Below are positions 23,737-38,160 of a stretch of DNA of 64,000 bases, in pieces. The notes under the pieces were generated by a model. It was not told the origin of the DNA. It made no database searches and saw only the letters and a list, made by a program, of their open reading frames with translations. Position 1 is the first letter of the stretch, and the number at the start of each line of letters is the position of its first letter. The position numbers and the translations under genes are program-made. This stretch comes from Octopus vulgaris (Eukaryota), in contig OX597826.1 in assembly GCA_951406725.2 (NCBI GenBank), positions 74,276,001-74,340,000 of the forward strand. Reading direction: 5' to 3'.

Positions 23737-24014
23737 CATGTCTTCAGTAGTTTTCTCTTGTAAATGCGAAGGGAAAGACAAAAATATCTATAAATAAAAA
23801 GTGATCGCCATAGAAAGAACTTTCAATCCAGTCCTGGCGACCTGAATTTATAAAAACTTCAGAATAAAGAATAATTGAATAGGAGAAAGCGTGATTAAAG
23901 ATAGAATGGTTAAGGTTTTGCTGAATTTATAAAAGGCTAAAAGTTTATTTTAGAATTTTCATTTAATGAAATAACTAAACTTTGTAATAATTTATTGTAT
24001 TTGCTGTACAGTTT

Positions 24015-24069
<55 letters not shown>

Positions 24070-24389
24070 TAAATACATACATACATACATATATATACAT
24101 ACACTTTACTTGTGGACTAACAAGGCTACCATTTGTAGCCTTGTTGTTTTTTCATTCAAGGAACACGATCATTCCGTATGGCAGGCTTGATAATTGCTAA
24201 GATTCCTCCAGCATGAAACCAACGGTAGCTTTGTAAACCAACCCTTCAGTTTTATTGATTTTTCTCCTAGAAGGGGGTATCTCTGGGCATCGGTAATGCA
24301 GCAGTGACCTGCCTGGGTAAATTTGCCATTTAATTAAAAAAATTTCATCAAAATCGGATGAAAAATATGGAAACGCATAAAAAGCATAT

Positions 24390-24423
<34 letters not shown>

Positions 24424-24452
24424 GTTTTGCGATTTATAGATATCGATGATAT

Positions 24453-24873
24453 TCTTTTACTCTTTTACTTGTTTCAGTCATGTAATTGCAGCCATGCTGG
24501 AGCACCGCGTTTCGTCAGGCAAATCGACCCCGGGACTTATTCTTTGTAAGCCCAGTACTTATTCTATCGGTCTCTTTTGCCGAACCGCTAAGTTAGGGGG
24601 ATGTAAACACACCAGCATCGGTTGTCAAGCAATGCTAGGGGCACAGATACGAACATACAAACATATACACACACACATATATATATATACATATATACTA
24701 CGGGCTTCTTTCAGTTTCCGTCTACCAAATCCACTCACAAGGCTTTGGTCAGTCCGTGGCTATAGTCCGTGTCTATAGTATAGACACTTGCCTAGGATGC
24801 CACATAGTGAGACTGAACCCGGAACCATGCAGTTGGGAAGCTACCTTTTTACCACACAGCCACGCCTTCGCCT
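24453..24873 (-). mobile_element. SINE family A
   Basis: Homolog of family A. Confidence 0.87.
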
Positions 24874-24920
24874 ATTGATAAATTTATACAAGTTTTATAT
24901 TTATAAATTCCTCTGTGTGT

Positions 24921-24999
<79 letters not shown>

Positions 25000-25428
25000 C
25001 TTTCCTAATCCTGTTTTAACGCCACTTTAGTCAAGCCTAGTGTTACGCTAATTAGAAATCGATTAGATAAACCACACATTGATAAGTACACAATGGTATG
25101 AATTGGTTCGTAACGCTTACCACATAAACAGGAACATCGGCATGTCACGTCAAATCTACCCGAGTCATAGACTCACAGGCAAAGTTGAAGCCTACCCGGA
25201 TGCTTGTCCCGCTCACTCGGATTATAATTGCTTTGATGTTGCCACACAAGTTTTTTGCGGTTCGTTTCCGGATGGCTTCAGTTATAATTTACTAATGGAG
25301 TGTCAAATGATATCAAAGTCGCAACAACAACAACAATAGCTACAACAACTTTTATGCTTACAACAACAACAACAACAATAACGAAATAACGTACGTATTA
25401 CAGGAATAAAAACCGGAGCAATATCCAC

Positions 25429-25838
25429 AGGCGCAGGAGTGGCTGTGTGGTAAGTAGCTTGCTAACCAACCACATGGTTCTGGGTTCAGTCCCACTGCGT
25501 GGCATCTTGGGCAAGTGTCTTCTGCTATAGCCCCGGGCCGACCAATGCCTTGTGAGTGGATTTGGTAGACGGAAACTGAAAGAAGCCTGTCGTATATATG
25601 TATATATATATATATATGTGTGTGTGTGTTTGTGTGTCTGTGTTTGTCCCCCTAGCATTGCTTGACAACCGATGCTGGTGTGTTTACGTCCCCGTCACTT
25701 AGCGGTTCGGCAAAAGAGACCGAATAATTACTGGGCTTACAAAGAATAAGTCCCGGGGTCGATTTGCTCGACTATAGGCGGTGCTCCAGCATGGCCGCAG
25801 TCAAATGACTGAAACAAGTAAAAGAGAAAAAAGAGAGA
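25429..25838 (+). mobile_element. SINE family A, young copy
   Basis: Nearly identical to the reverse complement of 36152-36572. Confidence 0.9.
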
Positions 25839-26278
25839 AACAACAACAACATTAATTGAGAAAATGTTCGCCGGTTCACTTCCAACTGTGGTTCTGAAAT
25901 TGGCAAGTATTAAGCTCCACCCCTCTGATTTATAATGAGACCCACCCCCAACTCTTTATCAATGGTTTCTGATTTTGGCTCGAGACCAACAGTTTTGAAG
26001 GGTGGGGACTGGTTGATTCCGTCGGCCCCAGTACTTGACTGGTACTTTATTTTATCGATCTCAGCAGAATGAAAGGCAAAGTCGATCTCAGTGCGATTTG
26101 AACTCAGAACCGGAATTAATATGGATTTCAGATTTTGGAACAAGGCCAGGAATTTCAGAAGTTGGGGTTAATCGATCATAGCGAAGCCAGTGTTCAATTG
26201 GTACTTGCTTTAACGACCCAGGAAGGGAGGAAAGGCATAGTCGACTTCAACAGAACTTGAATTCAGGTGCAGGCGTGG

Positions 26279-26507
26279 TTACTCTCTTTACTTGTTTCAG
26301 TCATGTGACTGTGGCTATGCTGGAGCACCGCCTTTTAGTAGAAGAAATCGACCCCAGGACTTATACTTTGTAAGCCTTGTGCTTATTCTATCGGTCTCTT
26401 TTGCTGAACCACTAAGTTACGGGGACGTAAACACATCACCATCGGTTGTCAAGCGATGTTGGGTGGGGGGACAAACACAGATACACAAACATATACACAT
26501 ACATACA

Positions 26508-26570
<63 letters not shown>

Positions 26571-26734
26571 GATGGGCTTCTTTCAGTTTCCGTCTACCAA
26601 ATCCAATCACAAGGCTTTGATCGGCCCGAGGCTATAGTAGAAGACACTTGCCCAAGGTGCCACGCAGTGGGACTGAACCTGGAACCACGTGGTTCGTAAG
26701 CAAGCTACTTTTCCACACAGTCACTCCTACGCCT
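26279..26734 (-). mobile_element. SINE family A; an inverted 3' half follows at ~26785-27022
   Basis: Homolog of family A. Confidence 0.85.
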
Positions 26735-26781
26735 ACACACATACACGCACACACACACACACATATATATTATGTATATAT

Positions 26782-26823
<42 letters not shown>

Positions 26824-27505
26824 CCTCACCATCGCTTGACAACCGATGCTAGTGAGTTTATGTCCCCGTAACTTAGCGCTTCGGCAAGATATCCAGATAG
26901 AATATGTACTAGGCTTACAAAGAAAAAGTGCTGGGGTCGATTTCTTCGGCTAACACCCTTTAAGGTGGTGCTCCAGCATGGCCGCTGTCAAATGACTGAA
27001 ACGAGTAAAAAAGAATAAAAGGAGTGTAAAGACGGACGAAATGCCCATTTCTTTACTACCCACAAGGGGCTAAACACAGAAGGGACAAACAAGGACAGAC
27101 AAACGGATTAAGTCGATTATATCAACCTCAGTGCGTAACTGGTACTTATTTAATCGACCTCAAAAGGATGAAAGGCAAAGTCGACCTCGGCGGAATTTGA
27201 ACTCAGAATGTAACGGCAGACGAAATACTGCTAAGCATTTCGCCCGGCGTGCTAACGATTCTGCCAGCTCGCCGCCTTAGAGTACCAAGTGAAATTAAAA
27301 CTGAACGATTTGGGGCTGTGCCATAAGGCAGACTAAGTGGATGTTTAGCTGTCAAAATGACTGAAACAAGTAAAAGAGTAAGATGATGAACAGCTGGGTT
27401 ACGCCAAACCCAGCTTGAGAAACATTTTATTGAGATGTAGTGTGGATTTTCATAAAATACATAGGTAGAGGGTGGTGTGTACTGAGGTTTTGAAAGATGC
27501 TTATA

Positions 27506-27717
27506 CAAGGGGTGTTGAAAAGCTCCTGGCTTTGGGTAAAAAAAAATACAGGGAGATCAGTTAATTGTGATTATTCAACGTATTTCCCTCCCAGATTCAC
27601 ACTTATTGCAGCAGCCCTTCTCTTTTTCTAAGCCCTGTAAAAGAACTCAGAAGGTTGGGCCTCCAACCTGGCCTTTCGCGACACCCTTAAAGCCAGGGAT
27701 TTTTCACCACCTCCTCG
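27506..27717. mobile_element. mariner-derived MITE
   Basis: TA on both sides; ~28-bp imperfect TIRs CAAGGGGTGTTGAAAAGCTCCTGGCTTT / AAAGCCAGGGATTTTTCACCACCTCCTCG. Confidence 0.8.
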
Positions 27718-28310
27718 TAGATAATTTTAATTAAGCAAACATAATTTATCGAAACGTTCTTCCGTTTTCCTTAACAGTGACCTAATCAGAATAAACTCGT
27801 AAATAGAGTTTGCTGCAAAATTATTCTATGTTTCGTGACTTAACTGCAGAACCATGGGAAGTTAATTGACTTATTTAATGATTGCGCAGTGAAAATAAAT
27901 GGTTTATGTAATTATAGTTCTCAGTAATCAATAAATGGCTTTCTATTTACATTCCCAATGGATTAATGATTAAATTAAGTGATGTGCTGACTGCCAGAAC
28001 CTCCAGCAACATGAAGGAAAGAGGTTACTCAGCTTGAAACTACACTAAGTTCATTTTCAAACGCAACTCAAAGTCAAAATAAGCGAAATAGAATTACGAG
28101 TTAAAGTGAGTTCAACTTTTAAATTGAATTGCCAGCGTGACGTCACTGGTTTAGCAGTTTTGGTTGTGTTTGCGCTCTGTCTTTATGATGGTAGGTTTAC
28201 CAATCTACAAACCTTTGGAGAGGCATGCAATAGAAGAAAGAAATATTTAATTTATTTAATGGAAAACAGATATTATTTTATAGAAATTTTGCTGAAGTAT
28301 TTGGATTGGT

Positions 28311-28627
28311 GAGGAGGTGCAATGGCCCAATGGCAGGGCAGCGGAATCGCGGTCGGAGAGTCGCGGTTTCGATTCCCAGACCGAGCGTTGTGTGTGTTTA
28401 TTGAGCGAAAACACCTAAAAGCTCCACGAGGCTCCGGCAGGGGGTGCTGGCGACCCCTGTTGTACTCTTTCGCCACAACTTTCTCTCACTCTCTCTTCCT
28501 GTTTCTTGAGGAACGCTGCGATGGACTGGCGTCCCGTCCAGTTGGTAGGGGACACACATAGGCCACAGAAACCGGGAAAGCGGGCCCATGAGCCTGGCTA
28601 GGCTTGAAAAGGGCGACGTTTATCGTT
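28311..28627 (+). mobile_element. SINE family C, tail type 1
   Basis: TSD TATTTGGATTGGT at 28298 and 28628. Confidence 0.88.
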
Positions 28628-29579
28628 TATTTGGATTGGTAGGAACAATTTCTGGTTCTGTTTAAAACATAACAAAATAAACGGAAAATCGGAATCCAAG
28701 TCCCGACAAACCCTATCCCCTGAAAATTATAAGCCCTGTGCTTAAATTAGAAGCCGTTATTATTTGATTCCTTTTTCTTCGAGATGAATTAAATCTGGAT
28801 CGGCAAAGTTGTTAATATGGTCCCCTGAGTAACTATGTGACTATCCAAGGGGGTCGATTAACATTAAATATTCCGACTATATCAGTATAATATGACAATG
28901 TTCATTGTCCTTTATCAATTTCGTTAAGTATTTTCATTAAATTTCTTTAAATATTTCTTAAGAAACGACAACGACTCAAAAGAACGAAGGAATGGTTTGT
29001 TTTAAACCAAGACATTTTTTTATTGATTATACTTTATAATTTTATTTTAAAAATTCAGACGATTGTGATCGATAAGTTATCAACGATTCATTGAAGGGCT
29101 CAGTGAAGGCACATGGCTTTGTGATTAGGGATTAGGGCGTTGCATTCTCGATCGCCAGATCGAGGGCTCGATTCCCCGACTAGGCGGCGTGTTGTGTTCT
29201 TGAGCAAAATAATTCCTTCGTTCCACGTTGCTCCAGTGCTGTGTGGGGATCCGCATGTCAAAGAATAGACCCCTTGTTTCCCCTGCATGACATACAAAAA
29301 AAAAAGGTAATTAAAAAACGTTGAATTTAGGACTTGCCCTTCTGAGTTCAAATTCCGCCGAGGTCGACTTTGCTTTTCATCCTTTCGGGTCGATTAAATA
29401 AGTACCAGTTACGCACTGGGGTCTATATAATCGACTTAATCCCCTTGTTTGTCCCCTCTATGTTTAGTCCCTTGTGGCCAATAAAGAAGCAACAGAATGG
29501 CAAGGAGCAATGCCAAACATTTGTTTTTTTTTTATGTAAAGTTATCAAAGACCTTCCATACTTCACGAATATTCTCGAA

Positions 29580-30108
29580 TATGTGTGTGGACATTAGCGT
29601 CTGTGTATGTATGTGGATGTGTGTGTGTATGGATCTCTGTGTGTGTAGATGTGAGTGCAGGTATGTGTATTTATGTTAGCGTGTAAGCATTAGTATTTGT
29701 GTTTGTGTGTATGTGTGCATTTATGTGTCCGAGTGTGTGTATGTGTGTAGATATATGCATATGTGCGTATATATATCTGTGTCAGTATGTGTGTGCATGT
29801 GTATGTGAATGTATGTGTGTGTATGTGTGTTTATGTTAGTGTGTTAGCATGTGTATTTGTGTTTGTGTGCATATGTGCGTGTAGGCGTACGTGTGCATTT
29901 GTGTGTCCCCGAGTGTGTGTATGTGTATGTTTGTGCTTGTGTAGATATATGCCTGTGCGCGTATGTATATCTGTGTGTGTTAGTGTGTGCGAGTATGTGT
30001 GCATGTGTGCGTGCGTGTGTGTGTGCGCGCGTGTGCGTGTGTGTGCGTATGTGTGTGTGTGTGTGTGCGTATGTGTGTGTGTATGTGTGTGTGTGTGTTT
30101 GTATTTGC

Positions 30109-30143
<35 letters not shown>

Positions 30144-30267
30144 TATTTGCGTATGTGTGTTTGTGTGTGTGTGTATGTGTGTGTGTGTGTGTGTGTATTT
30201 GTATTTGCGTATGTGTGTTGTGTGTGTGTGTATGTGTGTGTGTGTGTGTGTGTGTTTGTATTTGCGT
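29580..30267. repeat. Degenerate (GT)n-rich tract
   Basis: Seen directly; recurrent TTTGTATTTGCGTA subunit. Confidence 0.92.
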
Positions 30268-30475
30268 AACTGTAGGAAATATTTATCTGGTTGAGGTAGA
30301 TTGGTAAAACAAGGGAATGAACATTCAGCGAATCTAAGATTCTGGTTCAGTTTTTTTCCCTCTTTGAATGTTGAGCACCGATGCCAACGGTAATTGCCAA
30401 TTCTTGCCGAAGATCCAAGAAAACATTTTTTTAAAGACATTTTCTATTTATTTTACTTGAATTCAATATTTTTGA

Positions 30476-30606
30476 AGTAGTAGCTGTGGTGGTGTTAGTG
30501 ATGGTAGTGGTGGTAGTAGTGACAGTAGTTGTAGTAGTATTAGTTGTGATTGCGACAGCAGCAGTAGTAGTAGTAGTGGTAGTGGTGGTGGTAGTAGTAG
30601 TAGTAA

Positions 30607-30640
<34 letters not shown>

Positions 30641-30709
30641 GGTGGTGGTGGTGGTGGTAGTATTAGTAGTAGTAGCAGCAGTAGTAATAGTAGTAGTAGT
30701 AGTAGTAGC

Positions 30710-30760
<51 letters not shown>

Positions 30761-30853
30761 GGTGGTGGTGGTGGTGGTAGTATTAGTAGTAGTAGTAGTA
30801 GTAGCAGTAGTAGTAGTAGTAGTAGTAGCAGTAGTAGTAGTAGTAGTAGCAGC

Positions 30854-30916
<63 letters not shown>
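30476..30916. repeat. (GTA)n/(GTG)n trinucleotide array
   Basis: Seen directly; source of the poly-V and poly-T ORFs. Confidence 0.95.
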
Positions 30917-31438
30917 TAATGATAACAACAGCAACCGACTATTTGTTTAGCCATTTTAAAATATTTTTCAAGTTGTGCGTGAAAAAAATAAAAAAAATAA
31001 AAAAAAGTCCTATATCCTTTCCTTCCTAAACCCTATTTTTTCATTTTTTTTTTCCCTCTCTCGTCCGAAAAAAATTGTGTAAATTAATATTCTTGTAAAA
31101 GAACTGGTCTTTTTTATCGTCGAAGGCATCTGTCGCAGAAAACATATGAAGCGTTTCTGTCAACAAAATTTTTATTTTTCATCAAAAGTCGAATCTATTT
31201 ATACAACCAGGAAGAGAGCAGAATGAAACATCTGATAGTGTATGTATGTATGTATGTATATAAATGTATGTATGTGCGAATGTGTGTGTATGTGTGTGTG
31301 TATGTGTGTATGTATGTATATATATGTACATATGTTTGTGTGCGTATACGCACACTCATAAATGTATGCATATTTATACACGTATATCTGTGCATGCATT
31401 TATATATACGTATATATATACAAATATGTATATATATT

Positions 31439-31498
<60 letters not shown>

Positions 31499-31525
31499 CA
31501 TACATATATATATATATATATACAT

Positions 31526-31559
<34 letters not shown>

Positions 31560-31631
31560 GCATACATACATATATATTACACACATATATGTACATATCT
31601 ATACATATATACATACCTGCCTACATACATG

Positions 31632-31677
<46 letters not shown>

Positions 31678-31697
31678 CATATATATTATACACATAT

Positions 31698-32105
31698 AGG
31701 TGCAGGAGTGGCTGTGTGGTAAGTAGCTTGCTAACCAGCCACATGGTTCCGGGTTCAGTCCCACTGCATGGCATCTTGGGCAAGTGTCTTCTGCTATAGC
31801 CCCGGGCCGACCAATGCCTTGTGAGTGGATTTGGTAGACGGAAACTGAAAGAAGCCTGTCGTATATATGTATATATATATATATATATGTGTTTGTGTGT
31901 GTGTTTGTCCCCCTAGCATTGCTTGACAACCGATGTGTGGTGTGTTTACGTCCCCGTCACTTAGCGGTTCAGCAAAAAGAGACTGATAGAATAAGTACTG
32001 GGCTTACAAAGAATAAGTCCCGGGGTCGATTTGCTCGACTAAAGGCGGTGCTCCAGCATGGCCGCAGTCAAATGACTGAAACAAGTAAAAAAAAAAAAAA
32101 AAAAA
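31698..32105 (+). mobile_element. SINE family A with poly(A) end
   Basis: Homolog of family A, inside a TA/CA-rich tract. Confidence 0.88.
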
Positions 32106-32220
32106 GATATATGTACATATCTATACATATATACATACCTGCCTACATACATGCACATATATATATATATATTATATTATTATATATATACGTATGTATG
32201 TGTGTTTGTATGTATGTATG

Positions 32221-32251
<31 letters not shown>

Positions 32252-33213
32252 GAGGAATCATCACCGTCGTAGCAAGCAAAAGATTCTAAGTTTAAAGGTG
32301 ATACGGAAATGGATGTTGTGAGAGTCATCCTTTTCCAAAATGAATTACCCGTGTAAAACGAAGTGGCTTCTCGTAGAAATCGAAACCGCGTCACACTTTA
32401 CGTATACCACTTACTTTAGACTTTTGAGGCAACTATTAGAGCTAGATGATTACATAATGATGATTTTACGTAAGATTGGTAATCGATACCATTATCCCCA
32501 CCCTTTTTGTCGGTTCATAGGTTTCCTTCGAAATTGACATTATCGAGATATCTTGAAAATCTACCCGAAACACTATCAGGAAGCCATCGTTTGTGAATTG
32601 ATTGTCACAGATGACATACGACGTAACCAGTCATGAAACAAAGAACTTATGTTGCGTGCTGTCGGCAATTATCTCCCTTCTGCTTCGACTTGGATGCCTT
32701 CGTCAGCAACATTAAGGGCCACTTAACATGGAAGGTCAGCAAATGTCATTTAGAGGTATTAAACTTGATTTTAAACCGAACATTCGTGTCCTCAATTCTC
32801 TTTACCGACCACCCAAGATTTAGCATTTTCTCTGGTTTCTTTTAGAGTTTGTTACGCGAAAACATGCACAATCATACGTAATTCTGTACTAAGTGTGTAT
32901 TATTTGTTAGAAGTGGTTGCGACGGCAAAGTCTGTTGGTGCAGAATATAGCAACAAGCGTTGATTGGCGAAGAATATCATTTGGGAAAAGTATTGAATAT
33001 CTTTTGAAAGAGAACTTGTTTTCTTCAAATTGCGTTAAACGTTTTATCTGGATGATTTATTGAAATAAATATAACCCAAAGAGTTACGTCTGTTTAAAGC
33101 AGGCTTTTGTTCAGTTCTACTGTCACAAACAGCAGATTACAAAGTATTTATTGCTGCAGCTGAAGAATCTCGCAGAATTTCAACAATTAGCATTGTTATT
33201 AGAATATCACGAT

Positions 33214-33630
33214 AAGGCGGCGAGCTGGCAGAAACGTTAACACGCCGGGCGAAATGCGTAGCCATATTTCGCCCGTCTCTACGTTCTGAGTTCAAATTCC
33301 GCCGAGATCGACTTTGCCTTTCATCCTTTCGGGGTCGATTAAATAAGTACCAGTTATGCTCTGGAGTCGATATAATCGACTTAATCCATTTGTCTGTTCT
33401 TGTTTGTCCTCTCTGTGTTTAGCCCCTTGTGGGTAGTAAAGAAATAGGTATTTCGTCTGCCGTTACGTTCTGAGTTCAAATTCCGCCGAGGTCAACTTTG
33501 CCTTTCATCCCTTCGGGGTCGATAAATTAAATACCAGTTACGCACTGGGGTCGATGTAATTGACTTAATCCCTTTGTCTGTTCTTGTTTGTCTCCTCTGT
33601 GTTTAGCCCCTTGTGGGCAATAAAGAAATA
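33214..33630 (+). mobile_element. SINE family B, head plus two tandem body units
   Basis: Head AAGGCGGCGAGCTGGCAGAA; ~185-bp unit repeated twice. Confidence 0.85.
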
Positions 33631-33881
33631 GAGTGAATGCCCGATGGAAAATATGAAAAGTAAGACGAGTTTCAAATTTTGGAAGAAGGTTAACAATTTC
33701 AGGGGAGAGGAGAAGTGGAATACATCGATGCCAGTGCTAAAATTGTACTTATTTTAGCGACCCCGAAAGGATGAAAAGCAAAGTCGAACTCGTCAGAATT
33801 TGAACTCAGAACGTAAATACGGAAGAAATCCTACTATGCATTCTGTCCAGCGCGCTATCGATTCTGCCCCTCCTCTCAAAC

Positions 33882-34215
33882 AGCTTTCTATCTAGATCAC
33901 TGCGCTATTTCCTGCAGAAGATAGGTCTGAAACCCAGGCCACTGAAGAAAGCCATCAAGGAAATCGGCACGGCTGCTGAAACTAGATCAGAATGGTTATA
34001 ACTGGTGAGAGACGGCAAGTGGAACCCTTCCGTAGGAGAAGTGTAGCTTAGTCCTCGCTACCCCAGTCAAGCGAAGCGAACAGGCTAAGGGGTGAAACGC
34101 TCGTGACCCTGAGATACCTGATGACGATACGGAAGGGTCCCCAGCAGTGTAAGGGATTTAGAAGAGCTTGCAAAGCCTCTGAGTAGCTCCTACTATTTCT
34201 GCGGGGGAAAAAGCA
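33882..34215 (+). mobile_element. HERO-like RLE non-LTR retrotransposon, 3' remnant
   Basis: Reads FLSRSLRYFLQKIGL...AAETRSEWL*LVRDGKW, homologous to the C-terminus of ORF 59313-59732; 3' UTR follows. Confidence 0.65.
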
Positions 34216-34411
34216 TAGTACCGTAGTCTTCGGCTACTTTAAACTATTGTAAATTTCTACTAATCGCCAACTTATTAGTGGTTGTTTCGCTTTGCATTTT
34301 TTACAGATGAAACATTGACCCTGTTGGAGTCATTTCCATACCTAATCCTTATATTTTCTTGTAGGAGTTCTGAATGAGAGGGGAAGATCCGAGACGACTA
34401 CCAAAAATGGC

Positions 34412-35230
34412 CTTGTAAAAGTTTTTGGTCACCTCACATGAACCTATCAAGGTGCAGTGCTTTAAAACAGAAAAACGTCTAAAATGAAAATTTATTACAT
34501 AATGTTCATTTCAAGAAGTTACTGTACATTGTTGATATTTCGTGTGGCTTCCCTTAGCTTCAATAATTGCTTCAATGCACCTGGGAAGAGATGTGTACAA
34601 ATCCTTCACCATCTTCACAGGTATGCGCTGCCATTCTCTGTGGCTGAACTCCCACAACTCTTCGAGATTGCGTGGATTCTTCTGACGAACTCTTCTCTTC
34701 AGTTCTGTTCACATCTGCTGGATGATATTTAAGTCAGGGCTCTGGCTGATGAGGGTGTTACCGCATCGAAAGATTGGCCAGCTCAGACTCTGTTGTGTTG
34801 CACGTGATCTGTGGCATGGAGCTCCGCCATGCAGAAAAATCTCACCTTCATCCAAGTCTGGTATCGAATTGTCCTTCAGCAACTGGATACATTTGGCACT
34901 ATTCAGGTTACCGTCAATTTTAACCAAATCTCTTGAACCATCACTTTTTATGCATCTACAAAGCATCAGACTCTTACCCCCAAATTCAGTTTTCTTCGTG
35001 TAACGTGGGTCGTTTCGTTTTCTTGGAATCCTTTCTGACAAGTTCTTGCTTTCTAAGAAGGCGAAACAACCCACACGACCCACACACGACCCCTCCACGC
35101 ACATCTAAGTATTACTTCATAGGTTAGGGGAGGGTGGTCACATTTCTATCAAATATACAGCGTTTATTTGACTAATGCACCCATAACATTGTAAACATGT
35201 TTTAAAGACCGCCCCTAACTTTATCACAGA
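34412..35230 (-). mobile_element. Tc1-family transposon remnant
   Basis: ORF 34709-35104 with GGKSLM, IDGNLNS, GAPCH and SPDLNII motifs of Tc1 DDE transposases; degenerate, boundaries approximate. Confidence 0.82.
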
Positions 35231-35312
35231 ATTGGTGTTAAATATTTAACATTCAATGTAAACTTCAAAATTAACTACGGCTTGATTATGCTACAAACTA
35301 TACATATATATA

Positions 35313-35368
<56 letters not shown>

Positions 35369-35575
35369 CACACATACATACATATGTAAACATAAACATA
35401 CATAAGCATACATATATACATCTACATATACACATACATTCTCATATATGTTTATATACAAACATAAAACATACATGCAAACACATGCACGTAAACATGT
35501 GTGTGTATATGGGTGCGAATGTTTATATGTGTGTGTGTGAGAGAAAGAGGAAAAAGAGGAGAGTGAGAGATAGAA

Positions 35576-35608
<33 letters not shown>

Positions 35609-36151
35609 TAGAGAGAGAGAGGGAGAGGGGGGAGGAATAGCGCGTGTGTTAGCGATAAATGTCTGATCTTGCACAGGTACATGCAGGAATGTTATTACAT
35701 GTGCGGCGAAGGGAACCTATTTGAAGAAAGGAGAGGATGATGTGCTACACGCAGGTAACCAAGGTATGCAAATGCAACCTGAATGGAAATTGCCAGCGCA
35801 TGTCTGTCTGTCTGTCTGTGTGTCTGTGCGTCTGTGTGTCTGTGTGAATGCGTTGAGAGAAAAGAAACGGTAGGAGTTTTTGTAAGAGTGATTGTTTGGA
35901 AAAATAAATACGCCCACCACCTCGCATTCAGCACGTTGCATTAACTTGTGCATCAACAGGAATATGCAACAAGTACACACATACAAAGATACATACATAC
36001 ATACATACATACATACATACATACCTATACCAACATACATACGTGTATATAAATATCTGAATGTTGGTGCATGTGTTTGTGTGGATGGCTGTATATGTAT
36101 ATAAATATGCATACACACACATATATATATATCCAGTATATATATATATAT

Positions 36152-36571
36152 ACTCTTTTACTCTTTTACTCTTTTACTTGTTTCAGTCATTTGACTGCGG
36201 CCATGCTGGAGCACCGCCTTTAGTCGAGCAAATCGACCCCGGTACTTATTCTTTGTAAGCCCAGTACTTATTCTATCGGTCTCTTTTGCCGAACCGCTAA
36301 GTGACGGGGACGTAAACACACCAGCATTTGGTTGTCAAGCAATGCTAGGGGGACAAACACAGACACACAAACATATACACACACACTTATATATATATAT
36401 ACATATATACGACAGGCTTCTTTCAGTTTCCGTCTACCAAATCCACTCACAAGGCATTGGTCGGCCCGGGGCTATAGCAGAAGACACTTGCCCAAGATGC
36501 CACGCAGTGGACTGAACCCAGAACCATGTGGTCGGTAGGCAAGCTACTTACCACACAGCCACTCCTGCGCC

Positions 36572-36572
<1 letters not shown>
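36152..36572 (-). mobile_element. SINE family A, young copy
   Basis: Homolog of family A. Confidence 0.9.
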
Positions 36573-36642
<70 letters not shown>

Positions 36643-36777
36643 ATGTATGTATAAGCGTATAAATGTAAGTATATGTACAATATATAAACGCATATATTGT
36701 GTGTGTATATATCTATCTATATAGATATGAATACCCTATATATGAATCTGTATACATACACATACATATATGTATAG

Positions 36778-36831
<54 letters not shown>

Positions 36832-36844
36832 GCATTTGTATAAC

Positions 36845-36876
<32 letters not shown>

Positions 36877-36950
36877 TGTATGTATGTATGTATGTATGTA
36901 TGTATGTATGTATGTATGTATGTATGTATGTATGTATGTATGTATGTATG

Positions 36951-36986
<36 letters not shown>

Positions 36987-37000
36987 CGCATTTGTATATC

Positions 37001-37032
<32 letters not shown>

Positions 37033-37046
37033 TGTATGTATGTATG

Positions 37047-37078
<32 letters not shown>

Positions 37079-37285
37079 CAAAATATATATACATACATTC
37101 ATACATAATCATGCATACGCATACATACATGTATACCCACAGACATACGCGCACACAAGCATATGCAGAGTCTCGTAGGATTGACAGCTCATAAGGTAAC
37201 CAATCGTGCAAAAAAGCCCCAAACAACACAGAGTTCTTGTGTGTTTCTTATCCATTCCACCTGGTTTCCTATATCCATAATTTCC

Positions 37286-37316
<31 letters not shown>

Positions 37317-37338
37317 TATATGTATGTATGTATGTATG

Positions 37339-37410
<72 letters not shown>

Positions 37411-37457
37411 CATATATATATATGTATGTATATACATATATATATATATGTATGCAC

Positions 37458-37507
<50 letters not shown>

Positions 37508-37650
37508 TGATATATATGTGTACATACATACATATATATATAGAGAGAGATATATGTGTACACACATATATATATATAGAGAGAGAGATATATGTGTGTG
37601 TGCGTGTATGTGTGTGTGTATGTGCGTGGGCGTGTATATACATCTGTGTA
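36572..37650. repeat. (TA)n/(TATG)n compound microsatellite field
   Basis: Seen directly. Confidence 0.92.
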
Positions 37651-38160
37651 TAATTCAATAACGTATGCCAATTCATTAACCCTCTCACATTGGATCTCTT
37701 CACCCGTATTAATTACATTGCCACTTAGTAACACTTCTAATTGATTTTGTAAGTTCAAAGAAATAGTCGCACGATTCCTTCTGATCTTCATAATATATTC
37801 TATACGCCTACTCAGATATATATAAATAAATATATATATATAGATATTTCCTGCTATTCTTCATTTTGCTCGAGATTAAAAGAAACGTTATGCCTGTCCA
37901 ATTCTTTGAGGATATTAATTGTGAATGTTCCCACTTTTCTTCTTCTTCTGCGCATCTATTTCTTAAGAAATGTTCTTCTTACAAAGCCGATTATTAAACT
38001 GTAATGGACCTTAACGATGCACGTAATCAACCGTGACCCCATCATTTATTCAGCTTGAAATGAGTTTATTTTATTTCTGTAGGGAAATAATAAAGTCAAA
38101 ATACGTATTCTGATTGCAGATCCGCGCATTAACGCTTTCATCGAGATATACCAGGTGTGA

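Noticed and set aside
32351-32400. GTGT...GAAACCGCGTCACAC possible hammerhead relic
   Set aside because: Core not recognisable and stem II mismatched; too decayed to call.
34746-34776. CTGATGA...GAAA hammerhead-like string
   Set aside because: No stem I or III, and it lies inside Tc1 transposase coding sequence; chance match.
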